From NCBI RefSeq assembly GCF_018350175.1, contig NC_058368.1, positions 239,012,001 through 239,076,000 on the forward strand: a stretch of DNA of 64,000 nucleotides. The letters are read 5' to 3'. This document shows, in pieces, positions 52,253 through 64,000 of this stretch (position 1 is the first letter of the stretch; every line of letters begins with the position of its first letter). The DNA comes from Felis catus (Eukaryota). The position numbers and the translations under genes are program-made. The notes under the pieces are model-generated. The model saw nothing but the letters and a program-made list of their open reading frames with translations. It ran no database searches and had not been told where the DNA came from.

Positions 52253-53021
52253 CTGTGGATGCGGGGACACCAGGGCTGCGTCAGGGGTGCACGCACAGCC
52301 ACTGGCCCCCAGGCCCGACTCAAACTCCCCCAGTGCTCTCCCCACGCTGGCCTGGCTCAGCCAACCCCAAGGCCCCAGAGGGGGCTGGACAGCTGCAGAC
52401 CACTCGTAACAACAGCAGAGAAACCAGAGTTCTCCTCTCACTGTGGCCTTTTCTTCAAGCTACAAGCACAAAGCTTTCTAGACTGTTCTCCTAAATTTTT
52501 AATGGACTGCCTGCTTAGAGCAGGAGGACCCTGGGGAGAACAGGACCACCAGGCCCTCCTGCTTGAAGCCCAGAACACTGGCAGAAAGGGAAGACACTGG
52601 CTGAGTGTCTTGGTCGAGTGTGGCACGTGTCCCCTCTTCTCTGAACCCAGGAGCACAAGAGGAGCTTCCTGAAGCCACCTTGCTGTGCACCTTCCCCAGC
52701 AAACAGAGCGTGACCGACGCCCCACCTGTTCACTGGTGCTAACCCCAGGAGACGCGTCCCATGTTGGGGGCCTGTGGGCTCCAGGGCCTGTGGAGGGCCA
52801 GGGGAGGCACAGAGACATTGCTGTTCTCTGCAGTCCACTCTACTCCTGGCGGTCGCCCCCCCCAGTCTGTCCCCACAGGAACCCAGACCCCCCTCCCCGC
52901 CCCCCCAGTGGCACTCACACCTGACAGCCAGGCTCTCCCATCTTCCCCGTGACCCTAGGAATGAGCCTGCTGCTCTGTGCCATGAATTCTAGCTGGAACA
53001 GGAAGGCACACTGGCCCTTAC

Positions 53022-53149
53022 CTGATGTCTGGGTATTTGCTGACCAGCGTGGAGACTTCCAGATAGAGAAGAGACGGGTCTGTCAGCTTAATAACTTCTG
53101 CGACGGCAGTGATGGTGTCACAGTACCCATCCGCATCCTCCCCAAAACC
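53022..53149 (-). CDS. EXOC3: EXOC3 exon (128 nt)
   Basis: GFGEDADGYCDTITAVAEVIKLTDPSLLYLEVSTLVSKYPDI(R); cag / gtaag. Confidence 0.96.
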
Positions 53150-53566
53150 CTGGAAGACAGGGCGCCAGCGGCTGAGGGCCACAAAGGGGGACCCCTGACG
53201 AGTCTCTGTCAAGCCCTCACTTTGGCTGGCTCCCCACCTCCTACGTAGGTGGCTCTGGATCCAGCTCAGGATCCACAGTGGAGCCCTCACCAAGCGCTCA
53301 ATGGCGGTGCTAGCGGCAGGAGGGCGGGGACAGTCGACAGGGAGTGAGCCCAGGACTGCCCATGAGGGTCAGGCTAGCGTCTGGCTAGCGCTGCCCCCCA
53401 AGGGTCTAGAAGCCACGCCCCAGCGCATGAAGCCTCAGCCACAGGGTCCACCAGACCTTCCCGTTCACACAAGAGAGACCGACAGGGCGCCCGGTCCCCG
53501 ACCAACTGGCCTATGGCCCTGGGGGTGGGGACGATGAGAAAGCCTCGGGGCCCAGGCGGCACTCAC

Positions 53567-53728
53567 GGAGGCCAGCTTCCGGAACAGGTGGCGGAGCTGC
53601 GCGGCCTCCCGGACCATCCTCTCTGCGCCCTCCTTGCGCTCCTCTGCGCTGCGGAAGGAGATGCGCTTCTGCATGACGGCCCGCAGGTACTCCAGCACCA
53701 CGCGCCGCTGCGCCTCTGCCGTCATCCT
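53567..53728 (-). CDS. EXOC3: EXOC3 exon (162 nt)
   Basis: RMTAEAQRRVVLEYLRAVMQKRISFRSAEERKEGAERMVREAAQLRHLFRKLAS; cag / gtgagt. Confidence 0.96.
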
Positions 53729-55062
53729 CTGCGGGCAGACACAGGGTCAGCGAGGTCCCTGCGGAGGTCCACCCTCTGTGGAGACCCGGGCGGGCGAGCC
53801 CTCGCCAGTCGCCGGCAGAACCCTCCAGCGGGTGCACATCCGAGGTTTCCACTGCATCACCTCGCTGAACCACAACCCCGTTCGCTACGGTGCTTTCCAC
53901 TAAGTGATGAAAGGAAACTGGAAACAAGGTTCTCTCACGAGACACGCGCCCGCCAGCCGCCCGAGAGGAGCCATCCAGACAAGACCCGTCTACCATCCGG
54001 AGGCCTGCACACAGCAGTTGCCAGACACCGGCATTCAATCGACACAACAGATGTTTACGGAAGTAAACAGTGGAACCAAAAACTGTGCAAGCAACGGACG
54101 AGAGGGCTGCACGCCGACCTCTGACCGGCCAGAGGCTTCCTGGCAGGCGAGGGGACCGGTCAGTCGGGGGTTCCGACCACCGGGCCTCCCTACAGGTATC
54201 ACTTTTAGTGGCTGAGTCACGAGAATTCCCTGTAAAATTAGTCCTTAGACAAGGGCTATACTGGGTCCCAGCCAACGCAGCAGGACAGGAAGACACGAAA
54301 GGTGCGAGGACCAGAAACGAAAACAGTGTCTCTGTTAAAATGACACAACCACGTACGTCTAGGTCTGAAAGGGTCCAGAGACAAATCCTAGAAACACTCA
54401 CAAAGTTTTACAATATCTGAACGTGAGGTCAGTGTATTAAAACCACTTCCATAAGCCAGAAGCAAACTTCTTAAAATATATCACTTTTTACGGTACACAA
54501 GCACGGCCCAACGCCCTGGCAGGACACGCGAGGAAGGAGTGAGGAGAGACGCCCGGGCCCTGCAGGAGGACTTCATGCAGACGGCCGAGGGACACGGGGG
54601 CTCGGGCACACGGCTCCTTCCTTTGCCCATCTGCAGCAGGGCTCCCAGGTCCTCACGGGGCCTGGCCGCACGGGGAAGAACCCTTGGGCCTCTGCCGGAG
54701 TGGAAACACAGCCAGGCTGCCTGTGCCCGGGACGGGGATCCGGAGAGGGAACGGCTGCTTCACCCTGGTCCACAGCCACTGCCTCCACCCTCCCTGCCAG
54801 GGGTCCCCATCACGAGCACTGCCTGCGTGTGTGGCCTTGTGCCAAAGACGGTTTGGTGGGGTGCCAGGAGGCAGTAAGGCTAAAGGAACAATAGAAACCC
54901 CTTTAGACGCTGATGTGTCCTCCCTGCCTCAGGTTACTGAAACCACCTGTGAACACCCAGTCACAGAAGAACTGGACACTGAGTTCCACACGAGACGCCA
55001 TGTGGGCTCCAACATGCAGGTGAGCACACGCCAACACCAAGTGGCTGTGCCCGCGCCCTTAC

Positions 55063-55185
55063 CTTTTTATACGGCTTTTTAATTTTGGCAAAGTCATTGA
55101 AATAGTCTTCCACGGTAACACAGATGGTGTCCACGGCGTTGGACCCCAACAGCCACTTCCTCGTCATCAGCTCACTGAGATGTTG
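55063..55185 (-). CDS. EXOC3: EXOC3 exon (123 nt)
   Basis: [41 protein letters not shown]; cag / gtaag. Confidence 0.96.
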
Positions 55186-56459
55186 CTGAAAAGTGAAGGA
55201 CAGAGAAAAACGTCACTTGGACGCTGTCCCCAAGTCACGTGTATCGGGAGGAAGGTGCTGCAGAGCCTTGGTGCCGTTCTGTGACAGCAGACACACTCAC
55301 GGGAAACCCCACTGGCCCGCGATCCACGAACGCGTACCTTAGCTGCGGGAGGTGGACGCCACACGTGACCGTCATGCTGGGCTGCGTCCTCTACGCACGC
55401 CTGCAGTACACGTGCTGCCTTTAACATTCACGAGCATTTACTGCTTGATACTCTGCAACTCATTTACCCCAGCCTGACGGACACTTACAGTTTTTCACAC
55501 TTGGCAGTTACAAAGAAGGCTGCGACGAATTTGTGTTTCCGCAGGTGAAACCCCAAGAGCGTAACTCAGTCCACAAGTGTGCAAAGTGAAGCGTCAGTAG
55601 CCCTCCAGAAACTGCTGTCTGCACGTCTGTCCCCAGGCCGGTGACAACACGGACAGGTACTGCCGTGTTTAACCCTTGCTGTCCCGCTAAGCAACAGATA
55701 CCACTTGGCTTGAATTTGCACATCCTGAAGGTCAGGGAGATAGGCAATTTTGTTTTGTATTTAGGACACTTGTAAAAACCCTTTTCTGTGAAACTTGGTC
55801 ATCCTTTACTTTTCTCTTAGAGTTGTTACTTTATTTTGAAATGATTTCAAACGTATACATTTCATCTGTTTTCTACGCCATTTTCAAGAAAGTTACAGAC
55901 CTCACAAAACGATCCCACCAATCACCCCAAAAGCTCCTTTCCAGCTACTTCCTTCCCAGCAGGACCTGAGATCGATCACAGTTTTAGTTTGTTCAATATA
56001 TTCTGATTTCTGCGAACATATCTAGATAATGCTAAGCCATCTAACCTGACTTGCTGTTCTCGGTGTATTATCCCTCAGATGTGATGCGAAACGCACTTTG
56101 TTAATGGCTTGTTTTGTGTTTTCACTCAAAGCTGAGACTGGTCTACGTGATGCGTGTGCAGTGTGCACATATTCTCAATTTGGTTCTGGTTTCGAGAACT
56201 CGCTAATGAACGTAATCCGTCTGCACACTTGCCCCCACTGAGTCACCTCACAGTGCACGGGGTCTCTGCTCAGCTGTACATTGGAAGGGCCCCAAACCTG
56301 GGCCTCTGTCGTACAGGCGTACGTCACAGAGATGGAAAAAGCCCTTTGACAGTGAGAGAGGTGAAGTCGAGTGTCAGCTGGGTGCGTGTCCCCGAGGGCA
56401 CACAGGACGGCAGCCCCGTTTTCAGCCTAGAAACGAAACGGCAAAGAAGCGGCTCCCAC

Positions 56460-56610
56460 CTCCAGGTCCAGGAAGACCTCCTCCAGCAGGCTGCCACAGC
56501 CTTCCTTCGCAATGGCGTCCAGAATCCCATCCATGCTTGGCTGGCTCAGAGACACGCCTGCTTCCGCGTCACTTTTCAAGTACTTCCTCTTTAAACTGAC
56601 TATGGATTCT
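56460..56610 (-). CDS. EXOC3: EXOC3 exon (151 nt)
   Basis: ESIVSLKRKYLKSDAEAGVSLSQPSMDGILDAIAKEGCGSLLEEVFLDLE; tag / gtggg. Confidence 0.95.
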
Positions 56611-56702
56611 CTACGAGGCAACAGTTACGGCTCCGTGAAGTGGCCGAGCGCCCTTACCCGCTCCGCTGTTGTTTCTGGGCCGCCCTGTCCACGGTCACTT
56701 AC

Positions 56703-56813
56703 TTAAAGGTCTGGCAGTTGTTGATGATGGCGATCACATACTGCACGTAGCAGTGCGGGTGCTGCCGGTCCCTCAGGTGTTGTTCTTTGTACGACTGGGT
56801 TTCGTCCTTATAT
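56703..56813 (-). CDS. EXOC3: EXOC3 exon (111 nt)
   Basis: YKDETQSYKEQHLRDRQHPHCYVQYVIAIINNCQTF(K); cag / gtaagt. Read manually. Confidence 0.95.
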
Positions 56814-57879
56814 CTGGAACACACAGCCCCCAGTAAACATCAGTCGAGGGGCAGGTGGGTGTGCCGGGCGCCACGCTGACATCACACCTCAAAAATACAT
56901 CTGGCACCGCTCACACCTGAGCAGGCAAGTCTTTACGAATAAGGTGAGTTTTGGGATGATCTGTAAGACCAGGGAAGCTGATCACTTTAAACGGACTCTT
57001 GAAGATAAATCTTCTATCGGGCTTTAAAATATGGTTCAGGATTCTCATTACACAAATATTTAGAAATATTTCTGAGTAAATGGGAAATTATTATTTCATC
57101 GGACATACACCTTGCCTAGAAATGCATACAATAGTGTTGAGAACATTATCAAATATTAAATAAAATTTCACTTTCTGAAGAAGAACCAATAAATTACTCA
57201 AAAATAAATAACTCATTTGAGGTCAAGAAAACAAGCAAGTGAGATCACTACACGCTTTATTTCTGAATTTGTTAGATTCCCAAACACGTACAGGAGTAGA
57301 ATAGCACAACGTACCGTATGTATGTTTAAAAGACCTTAAGAAAGAAGCAAACTGAAAACTGCCAATTACAGAGAAATAATTAAGCATTTATTCTGCCTTT
57401 CTGTCCGACATGTGGTTCAGGTAATCAAGCTTCTGAGGCTGATGAGGAAAGTTTCCTCTTTCTGCTAACAAAAGGACTAAACAAGGCCATGATGTGCAGG
57501 TGGGTGACTGACGGGGACTCTCAGTGAGGGGCCCAGCTGTCGGCGCCTGAGCCAGCAGAGGACACAGGGACGTGCATCTCCTCGTGTACACACTGCCTGT
57601 GCGGGCTTCTTGCCAAAGGGCAAGGTGATAAAGATGAAACCCACAGCCTTTAGAGCCAACACGTGGTTGGCAGGTGGATGGCAGTCAGGGTTAGGCACTG
57701 TGAGATAATCTGACACGTGTCCACAGGCCAGTGGCTGAAAGAGGGGCAAGGCCGCACTCGAGGACCCGAGACCTCGCAATGCAGACCCTGCCGCTACCCC
57801 GTCTGAATATGTAACTTGAAAGAGGTTTTCCTGGATCAACAGGGGGACGGGGGGACCCAAATACAAATTTGGTGTCAGA

Positions 57880-58100
57880 TGATCCCAAGAAAGGATGCTC
57901 ATGTGTACGTGGGTTGATGGCCCTACAGTGAGATAAGAACGCAGGAAATGAGGTGCCTGGATGTCTGGGATTTGCTTTAAAGTCCTCGGGGTGTACAGAT
58001 GAGGTGAAGGGGGCTTTAAAGGGACAGCTTTTGAAGACGGATGACGGGTTGAGGTTTTTACACCTTTCTACTTCTGTAGAGGTTTGAAAATCTCCTTTGT
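57880..58100 (+). mobile_element. Old L1 (L1ME-like) 3' end fragment
   Basis: gatgtctgggatttgctttaaa ... tttctacttctgtagaggtttgaaaat resembles L1ME 3' termini. Confidence 0.5.
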
Positions 58101-58510
58101 GAACAATGCAGAGGGAGGGAGGGGTCCTGGAAACACACCCCGAGACGGCCAGGGCCGACTCCCAGTGATGGAATGTGGAGCCACCACCGAAGGAGTCTCC
58201 CCCTCCTGGGCCAGGGGCAGTTCAGACAACAGGAAGGACGCGTCTGGAGGAGACTCTAATGACGGCGGTCCTGACCTCACTGCCCAGGAGACCTCACTGC
58301 CCAGCGGACCCGTCCAGACTCTCAGGAAAATGGCACAGTCCATTCCAAAGGAAGACAGTAAGAAAAGGCTTGTTTCAAAATAACAAAGGTCACTATAGCA
58401 AATCCGGGCTTCAAGCATTTTTTAACACCAGGCGTATCGGGATCAAAATTTTGCTTTTAAGTTTTGAAAACATACACTTTCTAAATCAGCACGCTGGCAA
58501 AAATACATAC

Positions 58511-58611
58511 CTGCTCAGGAAAGAATTCATTTGCTGAAGACACAGAACTAGTACCTTTGTTTTCAGGTCTTCACTTATCTGCGCAGCAACTTGGAGATTC
58601 TGTTCAAACAT
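58511..58611 (-). CDS. EXOC3: EXOC3 exon (101 nt)
   Basis: [33 protein letters not shown](R); tag / gtatgt. Read manually. Confidence 0.95.
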
Positions 58612-59647
58612 CTAAAAATTGGAGAACTTATCAATTGTCATATAAACTCACGAGAGTTTCCCATTACATAAAACCCCTATCTGCCAATTGGTAGTTACAG
58701 TCCACATTCAGGGAAAAAAAAAATGAAACTGCTTGAAAAATAACAAAGTTAGTCAAACAACTTTCTCACTAGATAGAAAAAAACCAAGTGAATCACTTCC
58801 TAATTACCTGCAAACAGGCTGGTCTCCGCAAAGAGGGAAATGTATATGTTCCCCAGACAGGGAGGCTGGGTGTGGCTGGGGTCACATGGGTGCCGGGGGT
58901 TGGGCTAGGATTTGCCACGGGGATTCCTTACGAAGACTTAGGAGGGCATACCCTGGACTGAGGGGAGGCAGATGTACAGAGACAGAGAAAGGCCAGACGG
59001 CCAAGCCAACTCCAGGCCCGTGGCACACGAGGCCTGTCAGGACACCAGTTTCCAAGATAAGGGAAAGGGTGGGGCCCCATCGGATGCTGACGGTGTCACC
59101 CAGAGACAGACGCCCGCATCGCTTACTTGTGCCCAGCTGGTGCCCAAGCACATGCCACTGATACGGTCCCACACAAGTATCAGATCACGGCTCAGCCCCC
59201 CTCCTGCCAGAAAGCTTCCTCCAGGAAGAAAAGCCGACAGGAAAGAAGCTGGGGGCGCCAGCAAGTGCCAGGCATCAAAAAGTAATCATAAGAAGGCATG
59301 ATTATGGCCAAAACATAAAGGACCCCTTCCCAAATCCATCAGGCGATGTTCAATCAGGCGGCATTCATGAAGACAAATCTTGGACATTTCCGACATGAGG
59401 AAACGTCAAAAAGCAAACTCCTATCTGAGCACCACACGCAAATAACACGTAATTAGGTTCTAGTTCGAATCCGAACACCTCACGGAAACTAAAGCAACGG
59501 TGGGCACAACTGCTTCAGACGGAGAAGGGCCTGAAGTACGAGGTGGGGCTCCCTCTGTCTTTACTACAGGGGCGGCTTCCTGCTGATCTGCAGCACCCAC
59601 AGAGCCCACGGACAGCCCAGGAATGACCCTCGATGGTGCGACAGTAC

Positions 59648-59773
59648 CTGGAAGACAATGGCAGGGAGTGTCGTCTGGTAGTACCCGTCTTGGTCGGCTT
59701 CGGGCTCCGTCTCTTTCAGCCAGTCTTTCTTGTCTGTTTCTAGTGCTTTCCGCAGCCAGGCAATTATGTTTGA
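59648..59773 (-). CDS. EXOC3: EXOC3 exon (126 nt)
   Basis: [42 protein letters not shown]; tag / gtact. Confidence 0.96.
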
Positions 59774-60608
59774 CTAAAAGAAGTCCAGCATCGCAGAGAA
59801 AGAAGAGAAGAACAGGTCCCTCTGAAGCAAGGCAACGTCCTCTCTTCAGGGGTGCAGCAGCAGAAACCAAACTCAGGGTCCCGGGAGTCCCCGTTCCCAC
59901 ATGAGCCGTGCCACAAGCCGCCACCATGGCAGGTGGGGCCTCCACAGACAACCTTCCGGGCGAGAACCTCACTGCAGGCCCGGCCGGGCCGGTCAGAAGT
60001 ACACAGAAGCACAAAGGCTGCCATGCTCCCAGCAGACCCGTCCACGAAGACCGCACACCAGCACTGTCGCTTCAGGACACAGACCCCACCCTGCTCAGCA
60101 CCTCAGTCAGAATGCTATCTGCTACTCGGGCTCACCTTGTCCAAGGAAGCAGACCTTGACCTCCTCCTGTCACCGCAGGCCACCTGGGGGTCTTGGGCGG
60201 CATCTGGTCCCCAACTGCTACCACCCTCCCACTCCTGGGCTCAGCTCTAAGAGGCTGGCTGGCACCACTGCCCGTCAGCAGGACATCCAAGGGCCTCCCA
60301 AAGCCTCCAGGGGTAGGACAGACTCACTCCTCACTCCAGCCGGAGGAGGTTCAAACACGTACCTCAACCTCCAGACCCAGTGGCCAGAGGACAAGCCGCC
60401 CTCCTCATCTAACTGGCCACGTGCACTTCAAGACCCAACTTCTCAGAAACAGAGCCTGCACATCCTGAGGAAACCAACATCAAAACAGGTCTCTCCCCTG
60501 CCTTCTCTTGCCCACCGGCTTCGGTGACGGCAGCTTGACCCAGAGAGCCCACATCGTGGTCTACGTGAGGGACACAGCCTGGCTCGGGACCACACAGCAC
60601 CTACTCAC

Positions 60609-60726
60609 AGTGAGAGTCGACATGTATGTGTCAAGCAGCTCAGAGACCACATCTGGAGAAAGCAAAGGCTCCAGGGTGCTGACATCCACTTCTGGGGCCA
60701 GCTCCGCGTTCCCCATCATCTCTGCA
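60609..60726 (-). CDS. EXOC3: EXOC3 exon (118 nt)
   Basis: AEMMGNAELAPEVDVSTLEPLLSPDVVSELLDTYMSTLT; tag / gtgagt. Confidence 0.96.
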
Positions 60727-61393
60727 CTATGGCAAAACCAGGTACGAGAAAGAATAATTACTAGGAAGACAGAAAACACTCAGGTAAGTGCTCCTGGTCT
60801 TGTCATACACGAAGCCCCCCCCCCCCCCCACAATGCCACGCCAGGGAGGGGAGGCAGGGCTTGGGGAGAGTGCTGGGCGAGAAGGGGCCACATGAGGCGG
60901 CTCATTCCCTGGCCTCAGCCGGCTGCACCCACATCACTCAGGACAGAAACCTTGTGCGAGGAAGAACTGTTTTTTCTACCCATAGCACCTCCCCATGGGG
61001 AAGGCCAGGGCCTGGCAAATACAAGGTGCTCAGTAGACAGCTTCTATCAAACAAGGGAGTAACACCCAAGTACAATAATTTAGAAACCAGACCCTGAAGT
61101 TAGTGTTGCTAATCTATGCGGTTCATAACCTAACGTGAGTCAGCAAAAAGTGTCAATACGTTCAGGCGACTGTGCTTAAGAAGACACGGATGGGAACTGA
61201 GTTCCAGAAAAAAGTTTCCATAAAGAAGTTAGTATCTAGAAGTTAGTATCTACGTGTGGCTAGTCCTCAAAAGTCCGAGGTTTAAATGTTCAGAAAACTC
61301 ACACACCTTATGCCGTGTTCCCTAAATGTGTATTTACAATGAAAACGCTGAGTACTAACAGCTAGTCCACTATGTGTAAGAAATACAAGGTCT

Positions 61394-61623
61394 GGGGCGC
61401 CTGGGTGGCTCAGTCGGTTAAGCGGCTGACTTCGGCTCAGGTCATGATCTCACAGCCCGTGAGTTCGAGCCCCATGTCGGGCTCTGTGCGGACAGCTCAG
61501 AGCCTGGAGCCCATTTCGGATTCTGTGTCTCCCTCTCTCTGACCCTCCCCCGTTCATGCTCTGTCTCTCTCTGTCTCAAAAATAAATAAATGTTAAAAGA
61601 AAAAAAAAAAAAAGAAAAAAAAA
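61394..61623 (+). mobile_element. tRNA-derived Can-SINE (felid SINEC_Fc-like) with perfect 16-bp TSD
   Basis: ggggcgcctgggtggctcagtcggttaag head, B box gagttcgagccc, (ct)n, aataaa, poly-A. TSD aagaaatacaaggtct at 61378-61393 and 61624-61639. Confidence 0.97.
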
Positions 61624-61726
61624 AAGAAATACAAGGTCTTCCTCAGTGAACTTCAGAAAATTCTGTAACTATTAAAAGACTTTTCATCCTAGATTTACAT
61701 CCAGGAAATCTTAAAAAAAAAAAAAA

Positions 61727-61935
61727 TTTTTTTAATGTTTAATTTATTTTTGAGACAGGGAGAGACAGAGCACAAGTGGGGGAGGGGCAGAGAAAGAGGG
61801 AGACAGAATCCAAAGCAGGCTCCAGGCTCTGAGCTGTGAGCACAGAGCCAGATGTGGGGATCGAACTCACAAACCGTGAGATCATGATCTGAGCCGAAGT
61901 CAGAGGCTTAACCGACTGAGCCCCCAAGGCACCCC
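61727..61935 (-). mobile_element. Second, older Can-SINE in opposite orientation
   Basis: Reverse complement reads ggggtgccttgggggctcagtcggttaagcctctgacttcggctcag...aaaaataaattaaacattaaaaaaa. TSD is degenerate. Confidence 0.95.
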
Positions 61936-62480
61936 TCACCCGAGATTCTTAGATCAACCTCAAACCAATCAAGCACAAAATAGCTCATTCCTTTTGTGAA
62001 GTGATAAAACCACAAGGCTGGAATGCAACGAGAACAGACTTTTCTCGGCTACTGGTGAGAGTAAACCAGACTGGGGGCACCGGAAGCCAGGAGGGCGGAG
62101 TGGTGCCCCCTTCCCAGCCACGTGACTATGCAGGTCCCGGGACCTCCTGTGCCCACGCGTCCCCACCTGTCCAACGGGGTGAAATCACACACTCGGGGTG
62201 CCACCGCAAGGAGGGAATGGGTCAGTGCACAGCGGGCTCAGTATCCTAGAAAAGCGCAACACAGAGCCGCTCAATAGGGCCTGGGCATCAAGGGCACCAC
62301 CTAAACACAAGGGCGTTCACACAACCAGAGTCTGGGCCCTGACCTCAGGGAAAGCCCACAAACAGGCCAGAGAGGAGACTTTCGTCGGCAAGAAAACAAA
62401 GTCTGAGGGTGCCGAGCACACACCAGAGCAAAACAACTCAACTCTACGTGAACGAAATGCAAGAGTGAACCTGGAGTTAC

Positions 62481-63162
62481 CTTGTGTAGGTGTTCAAGAC
62501 CCAAGTCAACAGGCTCACGATCTCATTGGCTTCCAGGTCTTCGGACGCGAGCTCCTGCATCCGCGTGCTCAGGGCCTGGTGGTACATGCTCAGGAGGTTT
62601 CTGAAGATTTCATAATGCGGGGGGAAACACTGAACCATCAGGTTTTTGGCAACAATGAGGTCATCTAGCACGTACTTCCGTATAATTTCCAGGTGGCGGA
62701 CGAGCCACATCTTGTCTGACTCCCTGGTGTCTGCCTGTGTGCCCTCAATTCTAGTGGTCACAGTTCTGTCCAAGATGGCAAACATTTTCTCCTTCCAGTT
62801 CTTGGGCCTCCCGGGAGGAACAAAACCAGTTTGCTTTTTTCGGTCGAGTATGCGCCTATCAATTTTTTCTTCCCTTTCGATGATTCTAACAACTGAGACC
62901 AGCAAGGTGGGGTCACGGCGAACAGTGACCAGTGACCTCTGCAGCACCATCCACAGCTGCTTGGCCAGCTCGTCCGAAAGCCCCTGTGTGCTCCCGAAGT
63001 AGCCGTGGATGAGGGTCATGTCACGAGTGTTCCCACTGTCCATGCGGTACTGCTCGTACATCAGTCCGTCCCGGGAGCACTCCAGGTCCATCAGCTTCCG
63101 GTGGGCCTGCAGGAGTGCCCCCTGTTCTATGAGGTCCTGGGTCTCCCTCACAATCTCGGGCA
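62481..63162 (-). CDS. EXOC3: EXOC3 large exon (682 nt); upstream exons lie beyond the window
   Basis: VPEIVRETQDLIEQGALLQAHRKLMDLECSRD...GRPKNWKEK...CFPPHYEIF...WVLNTYT; tag / gtaact. Confidence 0.98.
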
Positions 63163-63207
63163 CTAGGGAAAAAGGCACAAGATGGCACTGTGAAAACCAC
63201 ACAAAAG

Positions 63208-63340
63208 GCTGTGCGGGACGCTGGGAAGGAGGCAGAGGATGGGGACCTGTCTGTGCGGGATGCTGGGAAGGAGGAGCACGGGCCCCTGTCTGTGTGGGAG
63301 GCTGGGAAGGACACAGAGGACACAGCATGGGGACCTGTCT
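63208..63340. repeat. Short ~40-bp tandem repeat (ctgtgcggga.gctgggaaggag...gacctgt), about 3 copies
   Basis: Directly visible, ~45 nt from the EXOC3 acceptor. Confidence 0.85.
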
Positions 63341-63849
63341 TGCCACCCAGACAACTGCACTGGCAGAAGCTGGGTAACTACTTGGACTGTGGAGTCTGTG
63401 GAAGGCCAGCAACTTCCCAAAGAAGGCTTGGTGGTAAACTGAGGTTAATTTCAGTCTGTCGCAGCTCTGAGCACAGGAGCAGCTCCCCAGGCCCGGCCCA
63501 GCCCGCCACATGCTCTTGAAGCAGCTCGCACACAGCCCTAGAAAACCTGGGTGAGCAGAAAGGACCACGTCCTCCAATACTAAGGATCTGTGTCCCCACT
63601 GCTGGCTGATCAGGGAGATGCAGACACGGAGGTGGAGCCCACTGTTACTACAGGCCCACCACCAATGTTGTAACCCTTCTCTCTTCCACCAGGTGACTTC
63701 TGGGGGATTTAAAGAGCCAGTGCCTCTTTCCCCCTCTGTTTTTATTCCCTTCTCCCTCCAGACATAGGTCCAGGCTCAGCAGACCTGAGAAGACCTTCAA
63801 TACTTCTTGGTCTGATCTGCAGCACAGGGACAGCCTCCAATAACCAAAA

Positions 63850-64000
63850 CACAAGTAATAAACAAAATCACCCCCTGGGGAAGAGGAGCACCTGATTTCA
63901 GAGTTCTCAGGTTACCAGACTCAAATGCCCAATGTCCAACGAAAAAAAAAAATCACAAGGCATCAAAAGTTATAGGAAAGTATGGAGATTCAGTGGAAAA
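63850..64000 (+). mobile_element. Old L1 5'-region fragment
   Basis: ctgatttcagagtt...caaatgcccaatgtccaacgaaaaaa..tcacaaggcat...ggaaagtatgg resembles the L1M pre-ORF1 region. Truncated by the window end. Confidence 0.55.

Noticed and set aside
61394..61470. tRNA-like A/B boxes
   Set aside because: These are the head of a tRNA-derived SINE, not a tRNA gene.

Overview
This is a mammalian genomic window, not a prokaryotic one. The Can-SINE elements look felid (cat-like) and the sequence is very GC/CpG-rich. It holds the complete 17-exon SLC9A3 (NHE3 Na+/H+ exchanger) gene on the + strand: ATG at 4045, stop at 44937-44939, 2502 nt of spliced CDS = 833 aa, and a 3'UTR probably ending near 47.9 kb. 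Converging on it from the - strand are the last ten coding exons of EXOC3 (Sec6), 63162 to 52081. All 26 internal splice junctions I traced are GT-AG and keep the frame. Other content includes an MLT1 LTR, old L1 fragments, a MER58-like element, an inverted pair of Can-SINEs and three large G/C-rich minisatellites. The most interesting observation is in the terminal SLC9A3 exon. It contributes only 'G TGA' to canonical NHE3, but carries a 128-codon ORF in the +1 frame (DTGSDVPLTGRSS...RRSF...EQEETPL*) ending in a class I PDZ-type motif. Skipping exon 16 would join this ORF in frame, giving a predicted 880-aa NHE3 with a different C-terminus. The last intron is also placed so that spliced (ATG TGA) and unspliced (ATG TAA) RNA encode the same protein. 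A 7-codon uORF sits just upstream of the start codon. Nearly all other ORFs in the track are artefacts of GC richness. Repeat-family names come from recognition, not from a search.
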